A stretch of 64,000 nt of DNA, taken from contig CAVONQ010000001.1 in NCBI GenBank assembly GCA_963697335.1, positions 21,243 through 85,242 on the forward strand. Reading direction: 5' to 3'. Both the position numbers and the translations under genes were made by a program. The stretch comes from an uncultured cyanobacterium. GTDB taxonomy: Bacteria > Cyanobacteriota > Cyanobacteriia > PCC-6307 > Cyanobiaceae. Each line of letters begins with the position of its first letter. Within the stretch, counting starts at the first letter, position 1. Below the pieces are notes generated by a model, which was not told the DNA's origin, ran no database searches, and saw nothing but the letters and a program-made list of their open reading frames with translations. Of this stretch, positions 62,218 to 64,000 are shown in pieces.

Positions 62218-63417
62218 ATGCTGGCGGTCCCCTCCCCGACCAGCTGGCCACCAGGCCAGGGGCTGCCGCGCTACAGCGTCAGTGAGCTCAATGCCGCCAT
62301 CGGAGCGCTGATCGAGCGGGGCTTTGCCCCCCGCTTTCTGCTGGAGGCCACCGTCAGCAGGCCCCAGCTCAAGAAGGGGCACCTCTGGATGACCCTGGTG
62401 GATGAGCAGGCCTCGATCTCCGCGGTGGTCTGGGCCTCCCAACGACAGAAGCTCAGCCTTCAGCCCAGTGAGGGCGATGGGGTGGTGGTGGTGGGCAAGC
62501 TCAACTTCTGGGCCAGCCGCGCCTCCCTGTGCGTGCAGGTGCTGGACCTGAGGCCCAGCCTCAGCAGCGTGATGCGCCGCTTCGAGCAGGTGCGGGGGGC
62601 GCTGATCGGCGAGGGGCTGTTCAATGAGGAGCGCAAACGGCCCCTGCCCCACGCGCCCCAGCGCATCGCCCTCCTCACCAGCGTGCCCAGCTCCGCCCTG
62701 GCCGACATGCTGCGCACGGCGATGGAGCGCTGGCCCGCCACCGCCGTGCTGCTGGTGCCGATCCCCGTGCAGGGAGGTGTGGAGGCGCCCATCTGCGCCG
62801 TGCTGCGCAGCCTCTATGGCCGGGTGGCCCGCGAGGGCATCGAGGCCATCGTGTTGGCCCGCGGCGGCGGCAGCCGCGAAGATCTGGCCGTCTTCGACGG
62901 GGAAGACCTGGCCCGGCTCCTGGCCAAGAGTCCAGTGCCTCTGGTGAGCGGCATCGGCCATGAGGACGACACCACCATCGCCGACCTGGTGGCCGACTAT
63001 CGCGCCGCCACCCCCACCGCCGCCCTGGTGGCCCTGCTGCCAGAGCGGCAGACCGTGCTGGCCAGCCTGCTACAGACGCGCCGACACCTGGGTCAGCTGA
63101 TCCGCTGGCACCTGCAGGGCCAACGCCAGCAGGTCGGGCGCCTGCAGGAACGGCTGCAGCAGCTGCACCCCCACCAGCTGCTGCAGCAACGCCGCCAGAC
63201 CCTCAAGCAGACCCAGGCCCTGCTGCAGGCTCTCTCCCCTGAGCAGGTGCTCCGGCGGGGCTTCAGCCTGATCCGCTCAGCTGAGGGAGAGCTGCTGCGG
63301 TCGGTCGGGGCTGTGCGGCCTGGCTCCCAGGTGGTGCTGGAATGGGTCGATGGGAGTGCCGTGGCTGAGGTGCGCGAGATTCAGCCCCAGCCACCCGCGG
63401 ACCAGCCCCGATCCTGA
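62218..63417 (+). CDS. xseA: Exodeoxyribonuclease VII large subunit
   Basis: OB-fold N-terminus (SVSELNAAIGALIE...GHLWMTLVDE...ISAVVW), the catalytic region (IALLTS...RGGGSREDL..F) and the coiled-coil C-terminus. Confidence 0.9.
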   Translation: MLAVPSPTSWPPGQGLPRYSVSELNAAIGALIERGFAPRFLLEATVSRPQLKKGHLWMTLVDEQASISAVVWASQRQKLSLQPSEGDGVVVVGKLNFWASRASLCVQVLDLRPSLSSVMRRFEQVRGALIGEGLFNEERKRPLPHAPQRIALLTSVPSSALADMLRTAMERWPATAVLLVPIPVQGGVEAPICAVLRSLYGRVAREGIEAIVLARGGGSREDLAVFDGEDLARLLAKSPVPLVSGIGHEDDTTIADLVADYRAATPTAALVALLPERQTVLASLLQTRRHLGQLIRWHLQGQRQQVGRLQERLQQLHPHQLLQQRRQTLKQTQALLQALSPEQVLRRGFSLIRSAEGELLRSVGAVRPGSQVVLEWVDGSAVAEVREIQPQPPADQPRS

Positions 63418-63419
63418 CC

Positions 63420-63677
63420 ATGGCCAGCAAGAGATCCCGCAGCGCCGAAACGATCGCGGCCGGCCTCAGCTACCGCGAAGCCCACACGGCTCTGGAGCTG
63501 ATTCTGGCCGAGCTGCAGAGCCCTGATCTGGATGTGGAGGAGATGGCTGGTCACTACCGGCGGGCCCAGGCCTATGCCGAGCGCTGCGAACAGATCCTGA
63601 GCAAGGTGGAGCAGGAGGTGCTGCTCTGGGATCCCAGCGGCGATGACAGCAGCGACCCCACCCCCTACACGCCATGA
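63420..63677 (+). CDS. xseB: Exodeoxyribonuclease VII small subunit
   Basis: 85 aa, immediately after xseA. LSYREAHTALELILAELQSPDLDVEEM is the typical XseB helix. Confidence 0.85.
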   Translation: MASKRSRSAETIAAGLSYREAHTALELILAELQSPDLDVEEMAGHYRRAQAYAERCEQILSKVEQEVLLWDPSGDDSSDPTPYTP

Positions 63678-64000
63678 CCCCGTCTCCCAACGCAGCCCCA
63701 GCCACCTTCAGGCCCGAGCAGCCCCCCAGCGCTTGGCTGCGCTGGCTCTACCTGGCCCTGGCCGTGGCGGGGGCGGTGCTGCCCTGGCTCGCCAATCTCG
63801 ACTACATACGGGCCTATGGCGGCGGCTTTGATCTGGGCCAGTTCGTGGGGCTGGCCAATGCCAACCCAGCTGCTGCCTCCCTGTCGCGCGATCTGGCGAT
63901 CGGGGCCACAGCCGTGCTGATCTGGATCGTGCAGGAAAGCCGCCGCCTCAAGATGCGTGGGTTGCCCCTGGTGATCGCGGCCTGCCTTCTGATCGCCTTC
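63674..64000 (+). CDS. DUF2834-like membrane protein, 3' end outside the window
   Basis: ATG 63674 overlaps the xseB stop (ATGA). I translated 109 codons to the window edge without a stop. WLRWLYLALAVAGAVLPWLANL...SRDLAIGATAVLIWIVQESRRLKM resembles DUF2834. It is not in the supplied track. Confidence 0.5.
   Translation, partial: MTPSPNAAPATFRPEQPPSAWLRWLYLALAVAGAVLPWLANLDYIRAYGGGFDLGQFVGLANANPAAASLSRDLAIGATAVLIWIVQESRRLKMRGLPLVIAACLLIAF

Overview
This is a very GC-rich chromosomal segment (roughly two-thirds G+C by eye, not computed). It appears to come from a picocyanobacterium of the Synechococcus/Cyanobium type, judging from psbX, an HLIP gene, ycf66, cpcS-cpcG, an NblA-like gene, ftrC and several cyanobacteria-restricted DUF genes. 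I support about 70 tightly packed genes, mostly core housekeeping.

Gene content in order:
- accC (3' end), yggT, psbX, ycf66, two PD40-repeat lipoproteins, hli, an ABCD-type ABC transporter, HIT, comM/yifB, rpsU, def and an S9 peptidase.
- A gltS-like symporter.
- An 8-gene minus-strand string, ftrC-sufBCDS-sulfotransferase-mtnA-mtnB, with divergent sufR.
- An EamA transporter, cpcS, cpcG, a DUF4912 protein, a PLD-like lipoprotein, a frameshifted FAD monooxygenase and pgm.
- Two tandem MFP-RND efflux modules.
- A RarA-fusion ATPase, a DUF1400 protein, prxQ, coaX, cysH, an NDH-2 and a HAD hydrolase.
- hflX running in frame into a 1-Cys peroxiredoxin.
- anmK, then a small-gene patch (an RHH regulator, a palindromic operator, an unknown 83-aa protein and a Nif11-like peptide).
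- An ABC-F ATPase, an NblA-like gene, an HtrA protease, several small ORFs, hrpB, xseA, xseB and a partial DUF2834 gene.

I found no rRNA, tRNA, CRISPR array, transposase or integrase. Many long ORFs in the six-frame track are antisense shadows typical of high-GC DNA, and I rejected them.

Most unusual observations:
- The stop-less HflX to peroxiredoxin reading frame.
- The duplicated MFP-RND modules, which carry glycine-rich hydrophobic insertions and a small membrane ORF between them.
- The RHH/palindrome/Nif11-like micro-cluster.
- The C-run frameshift in the monooxygenase.
- The sulfur-themed supra-operon with an embedded sulfotransferase.

All family assignments come from motif recognition by eye, not from database searches.
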